64,000 nucleotides of DNA from Octopus sinensis. Taxonomy: Eukaryota. Below, in pieces: positions 63,875 to 64,000 of the stretch. The notes beneath the pieces are model-generated. The model worked only from the letters and a program-made list of their open reading frames with translations, was not told the DNA's origin and searched no databases. The stretch spans positions 45,818,001 through 45,882,000 of the forward strand of contig NC_042999.1 of assembly GCF_006345805.1 (NCBI RefSeq), read 5' to 3'. Position numbers and translations under genes: made by a program. Position 1 is the first letter of the stretch, and each line of letters begins with the position of its first letter.

Positions 63875-63935
63875 TACATATACACCACAGAAATCAGGAA
63901 ACTGGCCCTTATGAGTCCATGTAGCTTGAGAAGGA
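63045..63935 (+). mobile_element. Family C SINE split by nested insertions
   Basis: Head and core at 63045-63228; the tail (ccacagaaatcaggaaactggcccttatgagtcc) resumes at ~63883. (TA)n, a MITE and an RTE 3' UTR lie between. Confidence 0.8.
63256..63434. mobile_element. MITE (39-bp perfect TIRs) in (TA)n
   Basis: aattaagagacagaacctccatcaagtaattcaattaat versus attaattgaattacttgatggaggttctgtctcttaatt. Confidence 0.9.
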
Positions 63936-64000
63936 TGTTTTATCCTTATTAAATCACCATAGAAAAGTGGACAATAAAATAATGATGATTGTGATGGGGG

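Overview
AT-rich, repeat-saturated eukaryotic DNA. The SINE families and microsatellite style fit an octopus (coleoid cephalopod) genome, probably intronic or intergenic sequence. No intact long CDS, tRNA, rRNA or CRISPR is present, and almost all listed ORFs are translations of microsatellites or antisense SINEs. Recognisable content: (1) dozens of tRNA-derived SINEs of three main types, called A, B and C here (probably OK-, OR2- and OR1-related), often in co-oriented trains; (2) 5'-truncated LINEs: RTE (11.8 kb with a 9-bp TSD; 28.3-29.7 kb; many 3'-UTR copies), CR1-like (46.9-48.3 and 50.0-50.5 kb), and a chain of four different R4/Dong-type endonuclease tails linked by microsatellites (25.2-27.4 kb); (3) a Helitron helicase C-terminus with its hairpin-CTAG end (35.4-36.0 kb) and three HINE-like elements; (4) several MITEs and long hairpins; (5) a 555-bp non-coding element with a fixed 5' end sitting in (AAT)n; (6) a diverged ~450-bp inverted duplication (23.8-25.2 kb); (7) a probably error-prone or duplicated (TA)n block (40.7-48.9 kb); (8) phase-compatible candidate minus-strand exons of an unidentified gene. 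The most interesting theme is that different retroelements appear to occupy different microsatellites and strands. All identifications are by eye. Family names, identity estimates and repeat boundaries are approximate and need database checks.
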